Part shown: positions 19,891 to 29,110 of the stretch, in pieces
How positions within the stretch are numbered: the first letter of the stretch is position 1
How the letters are laid out: each line of letters opens with the position of its first letter
NCBI GenBank assembly: GCA_050173015.1
Contig: JBFXLE010000030.1
Span: 1-38,813, forward strand
Source of the DNA: Calditrichaceae bacterium
GTDB taxonomy: Bacteria; Calditrichota; Calditrichia; Calditrichales; JBFXGD01
Direction: 5' to 3'
Length of the DNA stretch: 38,813 bases
The notes under the pieces: model-generated
Database searches by the model: none
Seen by the model: only the letters and a program-made list of their open reading frames with translations
What the model was told of the DNA's origin: nothing
Program-made: the position numbers and the translations under genes

Positions 19891-22390
19891 CCATTTCCTT
19901 ATCTGTTCGCTCTAGTATTAAGATTTCACCTTTTCCACCGTCAACCCTTATTCGGTCTCCTGTTTTTATTACTTTTGTAATCCCCGTAACTGCCGTTACC
20001 ATCGGCAAACCGTATTCACGGGCTATGATCGCGCCGTGTGAAAGCGCTCCGCCTATCTCGGTCACCACTGCCGATGCGTTTACAAACAGCGGCGTCCATC
20101 CGGGATTAGTCGATTTTGTAATCAGAATTTCATTTTTCTTCAAAGACTCCGCAGTTTCAGGATCATCCAGCACCCTGGCGAATCCTTCCACAATACCACC
20201 GCTGCATCCAATCCCTGAATACAAATCGCCGTCGGAAAATTCGTGCCTTTCGGCCGGAATCCATTGCCCGCCAATCTGACGAAGCACGGCCGGATGCATT
20301 TCAGACAGCATTCTTATTCGTTCTTCTTTTCGCTTCTGAATGGTTGGAATATATGCAAAAAACTCATTTCCCGTAACAACTATTTTTTCGATTTCCCCAT
20401 GAGTTAAAAACAGTATATCAAGAGGTTCTGAAAGCGAATGATTGTTGTCGGAAATCTCAGCGATGCTCAAAACATGCTTTTTTAACTCGCTATGAGCATG
20501 AATCAACGCTTGTTTTAGATTTTCACGGAATGTCGTAAAAAACTCCGTTCTTTTAAGTACATAGTTAAAAAATAACTTTTTAGGGGTTTTCCCTAATCCG
20601 GATATTGACCTGAGGGCAAGACTTATATTCCGCTTTCTCTCATCGGCCAGCGCCGAAAATTCCCTGACCGTGTGCTTAGAATTCATTCCCTGCAGATACC
20701 TTCGGATACCCAGATAAACAATACCCGGATCTTCCCGCCAGCGCGGATAGTAGAGTTCAAATTCATGAAAAGAATTATGCCCGTATTTTTCGATGAATTG
20801 ATCTATCAGGCTAAATATTTCTTTCCCTTCCGGTGTCTTCATTAATTCGGCTTCGATGGATTTATAATTTTTTTTATGGATAAATAATTCCGCAATCCGC
20901 TTATTCTTCGCCGCGACGTCAGCCAAAGATCTAAGCTCGGCGCCGCTCCTGGCGCTGTCGGCTGAATTGAGTCCGGTGAGCAGCATATCCGCGCTGATAT
21001 CGATTTGCGGTTTAATCCAGGTTGAGCACCATTTGTTCAATAGTTGATAATAAATCTCGCCAAAAATCGTTCCGGCAATATGGCGCGTCATTATTTTGCT
21101 CTGCAAATCCCTGATAGCTATGATCTTATCGAATGATTCTTTCGCGGAATCCCTTTTAAGATATCTGAGTTTCATTAATTGTTCAGGAAAAGATTTCAAA
21201 AGATTTTTAATTTCTCCCGGCAATTTTATCGAAAAAAATCCGATATAAATCAAACTTTTTAAGAGCAATAATTTCTTATGGATACCTTTGTATGTGCTCA
21301 GATAAAATATGTTTAAAGTATTTTCAAGCGCCGTTTTGTTAAGATATACTTTCCCCTTGTAGAGTCCGAACAAGCCTTCATCCGGATAGGACCTGATTCC
21401 AACGCGTTTCAGAAAATGCTTAAATGCTCCGTTGGTCAGCGGATTCAGCAGACTCCATGTATATGGGGTCACGATATCTGGTATTACTTCTCCGACATTT
21501 TCATCCGTCCAGATGATTTCATCAGCCGGGCGCAGTTTCGCGGTGACCGGACGCGCCTGTAAAAAATAAATGTCATGATCCCTTATCGCCCATTCCAGAT
21601 CCAGCGGAAACCCGAATTTTTTTTCCAGTTTCAGGGCGTGTGAAGCGAGACGGATATATAAATCATTTATATTCAGATCTTTTGATCTTTTAAGAAGGGC
21701 TTTTTTATTGATAATAATCCGCTCAGGAGTCGCCTCACCGCTGACCAGTGTATCACCGGTTCCTTCCACATATTCGATCATCAGTTCCTTTTGGTTTCCG
21801 GAGGACGGATTCACCGTAAACAATACACCGGCCAGATCTGATTGAATCATTTTCTGAATGATGACACCCGGCCCCTGATCGATGGATAACATCCCGCGCG
21901 TTTTTTGATAGATAAGATTCCGCGGGTTAAACTGAGAGCTCCAGACCATCTTAACCGCGTTTAATATGTCATCCGGATTATTTCTGACGTTCAATACTGA
22001 ATCATACTGACCGGCAAAAGATTGATCCGTCAGGTCTTCACTCAATCCCGAAGACCTGACGGCAAGCGTATCGCCGGGGGCAAGATTCAGCCGGCTGACG
22101 CCTGATTCAATTTCGGACCGTATTTTTAATGGGACATCAGCCTTTAGAAAGGCATTTTGCAAGTTCCCGCTCACTGCCCGGATTTCATCTTCCGGATTTA
22201 TACCCAACATTCCATTAAGATCTTTCAAAAGCGAATTTTTTTTCAAATAGAATGAATAAGCCCCGGGCGATAGAAATACGGAGGCCGGAATCCTGACTCC
22301 CATTTTACTGAGTTTTATCAGATTATAAGCCTTCTGTCCCACCCGCTCCGGATTTACATTTTCATTGATCAAATGTATAAATTGATACAT
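19862..22390 (-). CDS. PEP-utilising dikinase of RPH/PigC architecture (ATP-grasp, central substrate domain, His swivel)
   Basis: VGQKAYNL, LAVRSSG..ED....SFAGQY, LDLEWA, FLQARPVT, WT..NVGE..P...TP, YGH....E.EL..PRW.EDP, T.PGWTPLF, GGALSHGAIIAREYG.P. Confidence 0.9.
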   Translation of the reverse strand: MYQFIHLINENVNPERVGQKAYNLIKLSKMGVRIPASVFLSPGAYSFYLKKNSLLKDLNGMLGINPEDEIRAVSGNLQNAFLKADVPLKIRSEIESGVSRLNLAPGDTLAVRSSGLSEDLTDQSFAGQYDSVLNVRNNPDDILNAVKMVWSSQFNPRNLIYQKTRGMLSIDQGPGVIIQKMIQSDLAGVLFTVNPSSGNQKELMIEYVEGTGDTLVSGEATPERIIINKKALLKRSKDLNINDLYIRLASHALKLEKKFGFPLDLEWAIRDHDIYFLQARPVTAKLRPADEIIWTDENVGEVIPDIVTPYTWSLLNPLTNGAFKHFLKRVGIRSYPDEGLFGLYKGKVYLNKTALENTLNIFYLSTYKGIHKKLLLLKSLIYIGFFSIKLPGEIKNLLKSFPEQLMKLRYLKRDSAKESFDKIIAIRDLQSKIMTRHIAGTIFGEIYYQLLNKWCSTWIKPQIDISADMLLTGLNSADSARSGAELRSLADVAAKNKRIAELFIHKKNYKSIEAELMKTPEGKEIFSLIDQFIEKYGHNSFHEFELYYPRWREDPGIVYLGIRRYLQGMNSKHTVREFSALADERKRNISLALRSISGLGKTPKKLFFNYVLKRTEFFTTFRENLKQALIHAHSELKKHVLSIAEISDNNHSLSEPLDILFLTHGEIEKIVVTGNEFFAYIPTIQKRKEERIRMLSEMHPAVLRQIGGQWIPAERHEFSDGDLYSGIGCSGGIVEGFARVLDDPETAESLKKNEILITKSTNPGWTPLFVNASAVVTEIGGALSHGAIIAREYGLPMVTAVTGITKVIKTGDRIRVDGGKGEILILERTDKEMDVEDTIYSK

Positions 22391-23322
22391 CAGAATTTGA
22401 TTTCCTCAAAAAACAAATCTACCGGCGCGCTATCATATTTCAGATATTTGCGATAACGATTATACCTGACGTTCGCAAAAAGGTAAACGAACTTTTTTAA
22501 CAGCATTTTATTTGAAATAAAAAATAAAATCATTTCGATGGTTTTCCCTATCCACTTAAAACGAGGGGATAAATTGAACATGTAAAAAGGATAGTTTTCT
22601 ATCAAAAATGATTTATCGATGGTAAAAAGAAATTCCTCCTGATTACCCCTGATTGCAATTTGGCGTCCGTTATCTTTTTTTTCAGGATGATCATCCTGAT
22701 GGTACTCCCTGCCGTCTGAATGGATGCAAATGGATCTTTTTTCACCGGATTTTCCAATAATTTCCCCGTATATTAGAATTGAATCTCCCAAATAAAACTT
22801 ACCCCAATACCACTGTTTTAGCATATCATTCATCCTAAAATTACCGGCATTATAGTCATGATAGCCCCGGCCTTCGAAAAAATGCTGCTGATCATCACAA
22901 CAGAATTCAGCTTTAGCTCGGCACAAAGGACTATATAAAATCCATTTAAAATGATTGTTTTTTTCCGTGTCAGGCATTAATTCAATTTCTTTTCCCCTCC
23001 TGTTTAAGGAAGGATCATTCAGTTCAATTTTTAGCACCATATTTTCATCCTGAGCAGAGACAATCAAACGATCACCGTCATTCCTGATGAAATTGTATTG
23101 ATCATAATAGACCTGGAAAGCATCATAATTTTTTCGAAGCAGATGGATCGGTTTGCTAAAGAATTTATGCAGATAAGGCCGATTGTTTTTGTAAATAAAC
23201 AGGTCAAACAAGGCCACTGGGAATACCGTGTTAAATGGTTTTGTATGCAGTGTAAAAATGATATCATATCCATTTTGAGTATGAATATCAAAATAATACC
23301 ACTCAAATTCTGAATTTGACAT
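22390..23322 (-). CDS. CrtC/AttH-like (lipocalin-type double barrel) hydratase or cyclase
   Basis: FEWYYFD near the N-terminus, H.KW...P, GRGYHDYNAG, WYWGK; TGATG overlap with the dikinase start. Confidence 0.65.
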   Translation of the reverse strand: MSNSEFEWYYFDIHTQNGYDIIFTLHTKPFNTVFPVALFDLFIYKNNRPYLHKFFSKPIHLLRKNYDAFQVYYDQYNFIRNDGDRLIVSAQDENMVLKIELNDPSLNRRGKEIELMPDTEKNNHFKWILYSPLCRAKAEFCCDDQQHFFEGRGYHDYNAGNFRMNDMLKQWYWGKFYLGDSILIYGEIIGKSGEKRSICIHSDGREYHQDDHPEKKDNGRQIAIRGNQEEFLFTIDKSFLIENYPFYMFNLSPRFKWIGKTIEMILFFISNKMLLKKFVYLFANVRYNRYRKYLKYDSAPVDLFFEEIKF

Positions 23323-23391
23323 TGGATCGCTCGCAATATAATTGGATTTGGAAATTTATTAAAAATAAGAAGATGATTTATTCATTGAGAA

Positions 23392-25611
23392 TCAATGGAT
23401 TAGAATCATTTTTCTGGTTTGGTGCGATGCTCCGTTGAGCATTCTGACGAAATAAATCCCTGAACCGGCCGGATTTCCCGCGTCTGTCCTGCCATCCCAG
23501 GTAATTTCATAATCACCGCTTGTGAACTGCTTTTCGGTTAATCGTCTTATCTTTTGTCCCTTGACATTAAAGACATCAATGACTATCTGACCGGGAATAT
23601 GAAGTCTGAAGGGTATAGTCGTCACCGGATTAAAAGGATTCGGGTAGTTTTGGAGTAGCACGAAACTTTCCGTTATCGCTTCCGGCGGAGAGGACAAAAT
23701 GAATACCGGTTTGTGTGATGTTCGGACACCTGAATAGGAAATGTCTTCGAGCATGTACCAGTAATTTGTATCTTTCTCAATTTCTGTATCCAGGAAAGTG
23801 TACCGATTTCTGCTGCTGCTGTTACCCGCTCCGGGAATTAATTTTTGATTGATTTTGATAAATTCCGCTTCCGGCGGATACAATGTATCATTACCGGCTG
23901 CCCTGTAAATATTATAGCCCGTATTCTCCAGTTCGGATTCGGTTGCCCACTCAATCTGAATGCCGTCTGACACATGGAATGCCTGAAATGATGTAAGTTC
24001 TACCGGCAGGCTGGCGTCACCGTTTTGGAGATATACAATCACTTTTCTGAGTGTCGGCGTATTATTTGAATAAAATCTTAATTCGTAGTTTCCCGCGTTG
24101 AGATTTCCCTGAAGCAGTACGGATTTTACTTCTCCGAACAACTGGTTTCCATACCAGGATTCCGCTGTTTGCCAGCCATAGTCTATTAGTAGGTTCCCGC
24201 CCTGATAGAGAGTGACTTTCAAATCATCGTCAGCGCTGTCATCTACATTTGGGCTGTCTGATCCAGGCCCTTCAAATGACCAGCCCGGATTTTCATCCGC
24301 GGACGCGGTCGCATAAATGGCGACCAGGCCATCTTGTGAGCAGGTAAACGGGATGGACTGAAGTAAATAATTAGAACTGCCGCTCGGTCCGGTGACATTA
24401 AAATCCTGATTGATCAGGGCTTCGCCGTTAATCGCGTTCAGGACGGTGGCGTCATATAAGATGGGTGTGATCCGGCTGAATATCTGAAGCTGATGCGCCC
24501 CGGCGGGAATGATGGAATCGATGACCACCGTTTTAGTGGCGGTTTGCAAAATATTTCCGTCCCATCCTTTCGCGCCGGTGTATCCATAATCCTTATTATC
24601 AATTTTGATCTTCATTTGATCCTGACTGTCATAACTGTCATATTCTTCCGCTTTTGCCGTCACGATGATCACCGCCCTGCCGCCGTCGGAATTGAAGGAA
24701 TAATTTTTCCATAACCGTTCATCTCCCGGCGCGATTTCATTCGCGTATTCACGTAATTTTATCACACCCGAAGGACTCACGCTATACCCGATCGGATCAG
24801 AGCCAACAATGATCTGAACATAATCTGTCAAAAATTCGTTTGTCCCCGTCCACACCCTGTTATAAATCTCCAATCTGAATGAATCACCGACCGTCGGAAT
24901 ATTATGATAAATTTGATTATCTATCCACATATGAAAATCATAATCATAGTCAGGCAGATCACTTTCAGAATTCATGACCAAACTTCCATCCACATAATAT
25001 TCGATATTTGACATCCCGTAGCGCCGCATTTCATACGTATGCCAACCGGATTGATAACCGGTGGATAAATCAAGACGATCCACGCTTGAGTAAACAGGGC
25101 CGTTTACTTTTTGTGTCTGCCACCAGGTTTCGCTTGCCGTCCAGGGGTGTCCGTCCTCTTCCTTAGATTCCATAAACCAATATTGTTCTAAAATTGTGGG
25201 AATGCTATTACCTTCAGTATACCAGAATCCCCATCCGCGGCTCCCGGGTAAATGGGGAGTTAAGAATTTTACACGGGTTTTAAACAAGACCACATCATCG
25301 CCGGTATAAAGATTATCAACGGGATCACGCTTCGCCGACTCGATAGCCACATTATTCATAGGAAGCCACCAAGGGAAATAAGCGTTTAGTTTCGGATCTC
25401 TTAACAGGAAATGTAGATAACCATTATTCACGGCCGGTTCAATCTGTGCTGTTCCGACATTCGGCGGAAAATCAGCCCGAAAATACCACCAGTCTCTTTT
25501 CTTTTCAAAATCATCACGCTGAAGCTGTGGTACGATAACGGTCTGACCTGCCAGATCGATGGCAAAGATGAGTATTAAAAATATCCCTGTTCTTACAGAA
25601 CCTGATAACAT
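23392..25611 (-). CDS. Secreted protein: ConA/GH16-like domain, two copies of an unassigned beta-rich domain, LPVEL Ig module, T9SS CTD (paralog A)
   Basis: Signal peptide; GSRGWGFW, WHTYE..R...YYVDG, FHMWIDN; LPVELTSF; QNYPNPFN..SGIYF. Confidence 0.8.
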   Translation of the reverse strand: MLSGSVRTGIFLILIFAIDLAGQTVIVPQLQRDDFEKKRDWWYFRADFPPNVGTAQIEPAVNNGYLHFLLRDPKLNAYFPWWLPMNNVAIESAKRDPVDNLYTGDDVVLFKTRVKFLTPHLPGSRGWGFWYTEGNSIPTILEQYWFMESKEEDGHPWTASETWWQTQKVNGPVYSSVDRLDLSTGYQSGWHTYEMRRYGMSNIEYYVDGSLVMNSESDLPDYDYDFHMWIDNQIYHNIPTVGDSFRLEIYNRVWTGTNEFLTDYVQIIVGSDPIGYSVSPSGVIKLREYANEIAPGDERLWKNYSFNSDGGRAVIIVTAKAEEYDSYDSQDQMKIKIDNKDYGYTGAKGWDGNILQTATKTVVIDSIIPAGAHQLQIFSRITPILYDATVLNAINGEALINQDFNVTGPSGSSNYLLQSIPFTCSQDGLVAIYATASADENPGWSFEGPGSDSPNVDDSADDDLKVTLYQGGNLLIDYGWQTAESWYGNQLFGEVKSVLLQGNLNAGNYELRFYSNNTPTLRKVIVYLQNGDASLPVELTSFQAFHVSDGIQIEWATESELENTGYNIYRAAGNDTLYPPEAEFIKINQKLIPGAGNSSSRNRYTFLDTEIEKDTNYWYMLEDISYSGVRTSHKPVFILSSPPEAITESFVLLQNYPNPFNPVTTIPFRLHIPGQIVIDVFNVKGQKIRRLTEKQFTSGDYEITWDGRTDAGNPAGSGIYFVRMLNGASHQTRKMILIH

Positions 25612-25718
25612 TCCTTCCCCCCGAAAGTCCGTGGCCTGTTTAAGAAGCTTCTATTCTATAGTAATAATATTAAAAATTAATACCGCGCTGTTGTTGATTT
25701 ATCACACACTTTGTTGAG

Positions 25719-27875
25719 TTATTTTATATATAAAATTTTTGCAACGTCAGACGCTTGCATGGAAGGGAGTGACAGACGGACATAATATATTCCGGACGCG
25801 ACCGGCTGACCCTTTCTGTTTTTTCCGTTCCAATCATAGAAATAATTCCCCGGCTCATGCATGCCTTTAGTCAATGTCCTGATCTTTTCTCCGGATGAAT
25901 TGTATATTTCCAGAATCAGATTTAATTTTTCAGACAAAACAAAACTGATGGTCGTATTACCGTTGAACGGATTCGGGTAGTTCTGGTTGAGCTTAAATTT
26001 TTGCGGATTGATGCCCCGGGTGATTTTTAAGGTATCATGAACAGTAATTTCCCCTGAAATGGAGATGTCCTCCAGGTAATACCGGTAAGTGCCCCCGGAG
26101 GCTATATGATTATCTTCAAATTGATAATCATGTGAATGACTGCTGGTGCCGGCGCCCGGTATTATTTCCGAATTGATTTTAGAAAATGCGTCGACCATTT
26201 GTTCAGCATGATCCGTCGAGACAGAACGGTAAATGTTAAATCCCAGATTATTGATTTCTGAGGCGGTTTGCCATGTGATTACATTTGAATATTTTTCCGG
26301 TGAAATGTTGAAATTTGTCAGACTGACCGGTAGAGATACATCATCCATTTCCCCATAAATTAATACTCTGAATATCTCCGGCGTCCCCTGACCATAAATT
26401 CTTAAAGTGTGGGTGCCCGATGTCAGGTTTTCCGTGATAAGGATGGACTTTGGCTCGCCAAAAAGACGGTTTCCATACAGCGATTGCTCCGTTTGATAAC
26501 CGTAATCCATACCATCCAGTACAATCCTGATATCATCATCTTCATCATCATTGTACTGTGAATACTGATATCCGTGCTGGTAGGATGGAGATGGTGTCGG
26601 GTCCTCATCCGCGGCGCCCGCGACATAAATCGCGACTTCACCTCCATGGGTCTGAAAACTGATTTCTTTCCACAGTTCCGGACTGGATGAAGATTTAATT
26701 TCATTGTATTCCTGATTAAAAACAATGCCCCCTCCGATACTCCCGAGAACGGTTACATCATATAAAAGAGGAGATATTTCGCCGTAAACATCAATATTCG
26801 CGTTTCCTGAGCTCATTGTTTTCTCAAATAACAATGTTTTTGAAATAGTCCCCTGATCGTCGGCATTAAAAGAATTAGGAGAATCCCATCCATAATCGGT
26901 GCCATCAATGACATAGCGGATATCATCATCGCCACTGATCGGCTGGCTATTGGCGTCAAGATATTGCTCCACGCGGGCGGTGCTCAGCACAACCACCTGG
27001 CCGCCGGGAGAATCAAAGTTTAAATTGTACCAGGAATTTGCGGTCTCTTTATCATAAATTTCATTAGGTACATGTCTGAGTAATTTAATTCCGGAGGCCG
27101 CTTCGCTTTTATCAAGCTGGCCGCTGGTGAGAATCTGGACATAATCCAAAACGATTTCATTTTTTCCTGTCCATTCCCTCAGATTTAAATTAATAATATC
27201 CGGCTCCACATGTTCATACACCACATTATCCACCCAAATATGAAAAGCCATTGGTCGCGGGGGAAGATCCTGTGTGGCATAAAATACCTGAACGCCGTCA
27301 ATTTTAAACTCGATATAGCTTTCCTGGCGATCTATTTCATAGACATGCCATTGCTGATCGTCTATAATATGCGGCGCCTGATCAAGCTCAACAAAATGAT
27401 GCGTCGCTTCGGTTCTCCCGTTCGCCGTTTCCGCCCGCCACCAGTCCAGACCTGTCAGCGAAGGATCGTCGTACACCATCATATACCATGCCTGATTCTG
27501 TACGTTTGGCTGAGGCTCGCTGTGCCAAAGGCCCCAGCCTCGTGAACCATACTTATGCGGATTCAGGGATTTTGCCCGCAGTTTTATTTTGCAGTTTAGG
27601 TAGGGCCCGCCAATTCCCGGATATCCATCCCATAACGCGGAATCTGAAAATGGGCGATCAGAGGCAATCGGGTCCACCAGCGAAAACAATACATGGCCAT
27701 TATTTACGGATGGCATGGGCGTATTGCTTCCATCACCCCACCAGCTCCACCACGCGCGACGCGTCGTGCCCACATAGTCATCCCTTTTTAAATCAAGCTG
27801 AGCATAGGCTTCCAGAGCGCAGATGAAAAGGGTAAAAACGCCTATTATAATTCGATAGATAATATAATAACTCAT
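25719..27875 (-). CDS. Secreted protein, tandem paralog of 23392..25611 (paralog B)
   Basis: Signal peptide; GSRGWGLW, WHVYE..R..FKIDG, FHIWVDN; LPVSLTNF; QNYPNPFN..SGIYY; ATGA overlap with the UbiA gene. Confidence 0.8.
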   Translation of the reverse strand: MSYYIIYRIIIGVFTLFICALEAYAQLDLKRDDYVGTTRRAWWSWWGDGSNTPMPSVNNGHVLFSLVDPIASDRPFSDSALWDGYPGIGGPYLNCKIKLRAKSLNPHKYGSRGWGLWHSEPQPNVQNQAWYMMVYDDPSLTGLDWWRAETANGRTEATHHFVELDQAPHIIDDQQWHVYEIDRQESYIEFKIDGVQVFYATQDLPPRPMAFHIWVDNVVYEHVEPDIINLNLREWTGKNEIVLDYVQILTSGQLDKSEAASGIKLLRHVPNEIYDKETANSWYNLNFDSPGGQVVVLSTARVEQYLDANSQPISGDDDIRYVIDGTDYGWDSPNSFNADDQGTISKTLLFEKTMSSGNANIDVYGEISPLLYDVTVLGSIGGGIVFNQEYNEIKSSSSPELWKEISFQTHGGEVAIYVAGAADEDPTPSPSYQHGYQYSQYNDDEDDDIRIVLDGMDYGYQTEQSLYGNRLFGEPKSILITENLTSGTHTLRIYGQGTPEIFRVLIYGEMDDVSLPVSLTNFNISPEKYSNVITWQTASEINNLGFNIYRSVSTDHAEQMVDAFSKINSEIIPGAGTSSHSHDYQFEDNHIASGGTYRYYLEDISISGEITVHDTLKITRGINPQKFKLNQNYPNPFNGNTTISFVLSEKLNLILEIYNSSGEKIRTLTKGMHEPGNYFYDWNGKNRKGQPVASGIYYVRLSLPSMQASDVAKILYIK

Positions 27876-28909
27876 TGCCTTATTTTCTTTAAGATTAACA
27901 ACGGATAACTATTGATATACGTTTTTAAACTCAGCATATTTTTATTGAATAAGAATGCAAGCAGTACAAGAGCAAAGAGCAGATTATTTGTTATGAGTAT
28001 GATAATAAACGCCAGAGGCAGCATTACAGACGGATAAGCATGATGCAGAAATTGAAATATATTTTTTTCATTAATCCTGAACGGATTCCGGTCTGCTCCG
28101 TTCCCGATTCTGAAATAACTGAAGATGAGCAGTATAAGATAAATGATTGTCAGAATACTGAATATTATTGTATATCCGGCCGGATAATTCTGAAAACGCC
28201 AGACAAAAAGCAGCAATACCGCCGCAAATAATAATTTTTCAACTTCAAGTATCAGGTGGAATAAGTTCCTGATTCTTTCCAGACCCGCGGTAACCGCGAA
28301 GGTGTTTGTCGAAGTTTTCTTATCCAAATGAAAATCTTCTATTTGATGATTGACATCAGACGACAGTCCCCGCGTCAGAATATAGAAAGTAATAAGAATT
28401 ATATCTGTCAAATAATTGAATCTGAATGCGGCGAAAACCAGCAGAACAGGCAGCACTCTCTGCGCAAAGACCACAACCATAAGTCCGGTTTTCCCTCTTT
28501 CCTTCAGCCTTACAGGTTTCACTGAATAGAATATGGCCGCCAAAGTCCACAGCGTCCACAAGAAGGCAAAATAACGATTTGATATGAAATTTATCGCGGG
28601 GAGCGCGCTCAGGATAAAAACAGCAATGACCACGCCTGTAGCGATGCTCACTTCGGTGTTTTCGAATGTATTTGGTTTTTTGTGTTTTTTGTCAAGTTCA
28701 CGATCGGCCAGATCGTTTATCAGGTATCCGAAGGAAGTTGAAAAGATGCTAAAAATATAAAATAACAGCAGATTGATGAGAAATGTATTTGAATAATCTC
28801 TTGTGATAAGCGAAATATAGAAAACTACAAAGATGTTCTCAATGAATGAGTTATAGGAAAATACGGCCCAGTTTCGCCAGCCAAGCGTTTTTTGAAGGAT
28901 ATTTAACAT
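27872..28909 (-). CDS. UbiA-family membrane prenyltransferase
   Basis: GYLINDLADRELD..(K)PN (NDxxDxxxD), FYS..P.RLK, HQIEDFHLD....TNT; multiple TM helices. Confidence 0.85.
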   Translation of the reverse strand: MLNILQKTLGWRNWAVFSYNSFIENIFVVFYISLITRDYSNTFLINLLLFYIFSIFSTSFGYLINDLADRELDKKHKKPNTFENTEVSIATGVVIAVFILSALPAINFISNRYFAFLWTLWTLAAIFYSVKPVRLKERGKTGLMVVVFAQRVLPVLLVFAAFRFNYLTDIILITFYILTRGLSSDVNHQIEDFHLDKKTSTNTFAVTAGLERIRNLFHLILEVEKLLFAAVLLLFVWRFQNYPAGYTIIFSILTIIYLILLIFSYFRIGNGADRNPFRINEKNIFQFLHHAYPSVMLPLAFIIILITNNLLFALVLLAFLFNKNMLSLKTYINSYPLLILKKIRQ

Positions 28910-29035
28910 AAATACCGTTTTATTTTAATCTCTCTTTGGATCCTTTTTAATAAGATAGGTCATCCTGTAAGCGTGAGATTGATTGTCAGCACAAAAAATG
29001 CAAAAAAAATTGGCAGGAAGATTTCAACAGGTACA

Positions 29036-29061
29036 AGCCTCATTGCGTGAACAATGAGGCT
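29036..29061. other. Perfect 10-bp inverted repeat between the GGPPS and UbiA genes
   Basis: AGCCTCATTG-CGTGAA-CAATGAGGCT; no long U-tract immediately adjacent. Confidence 0.55.
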
Positions 29062-29110
29062 CCCTGAAAAGTTCAGTAAAGCAAAAGCAGGTTTGAAATA
29101 TTTCGGTTAA

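Noticed and set aside
19862-22390. Rifampicin resistance gene (rph)
   Set aside because: The architecture is shared by a broad family; coupling to biosynthetic genes argues for another substrate
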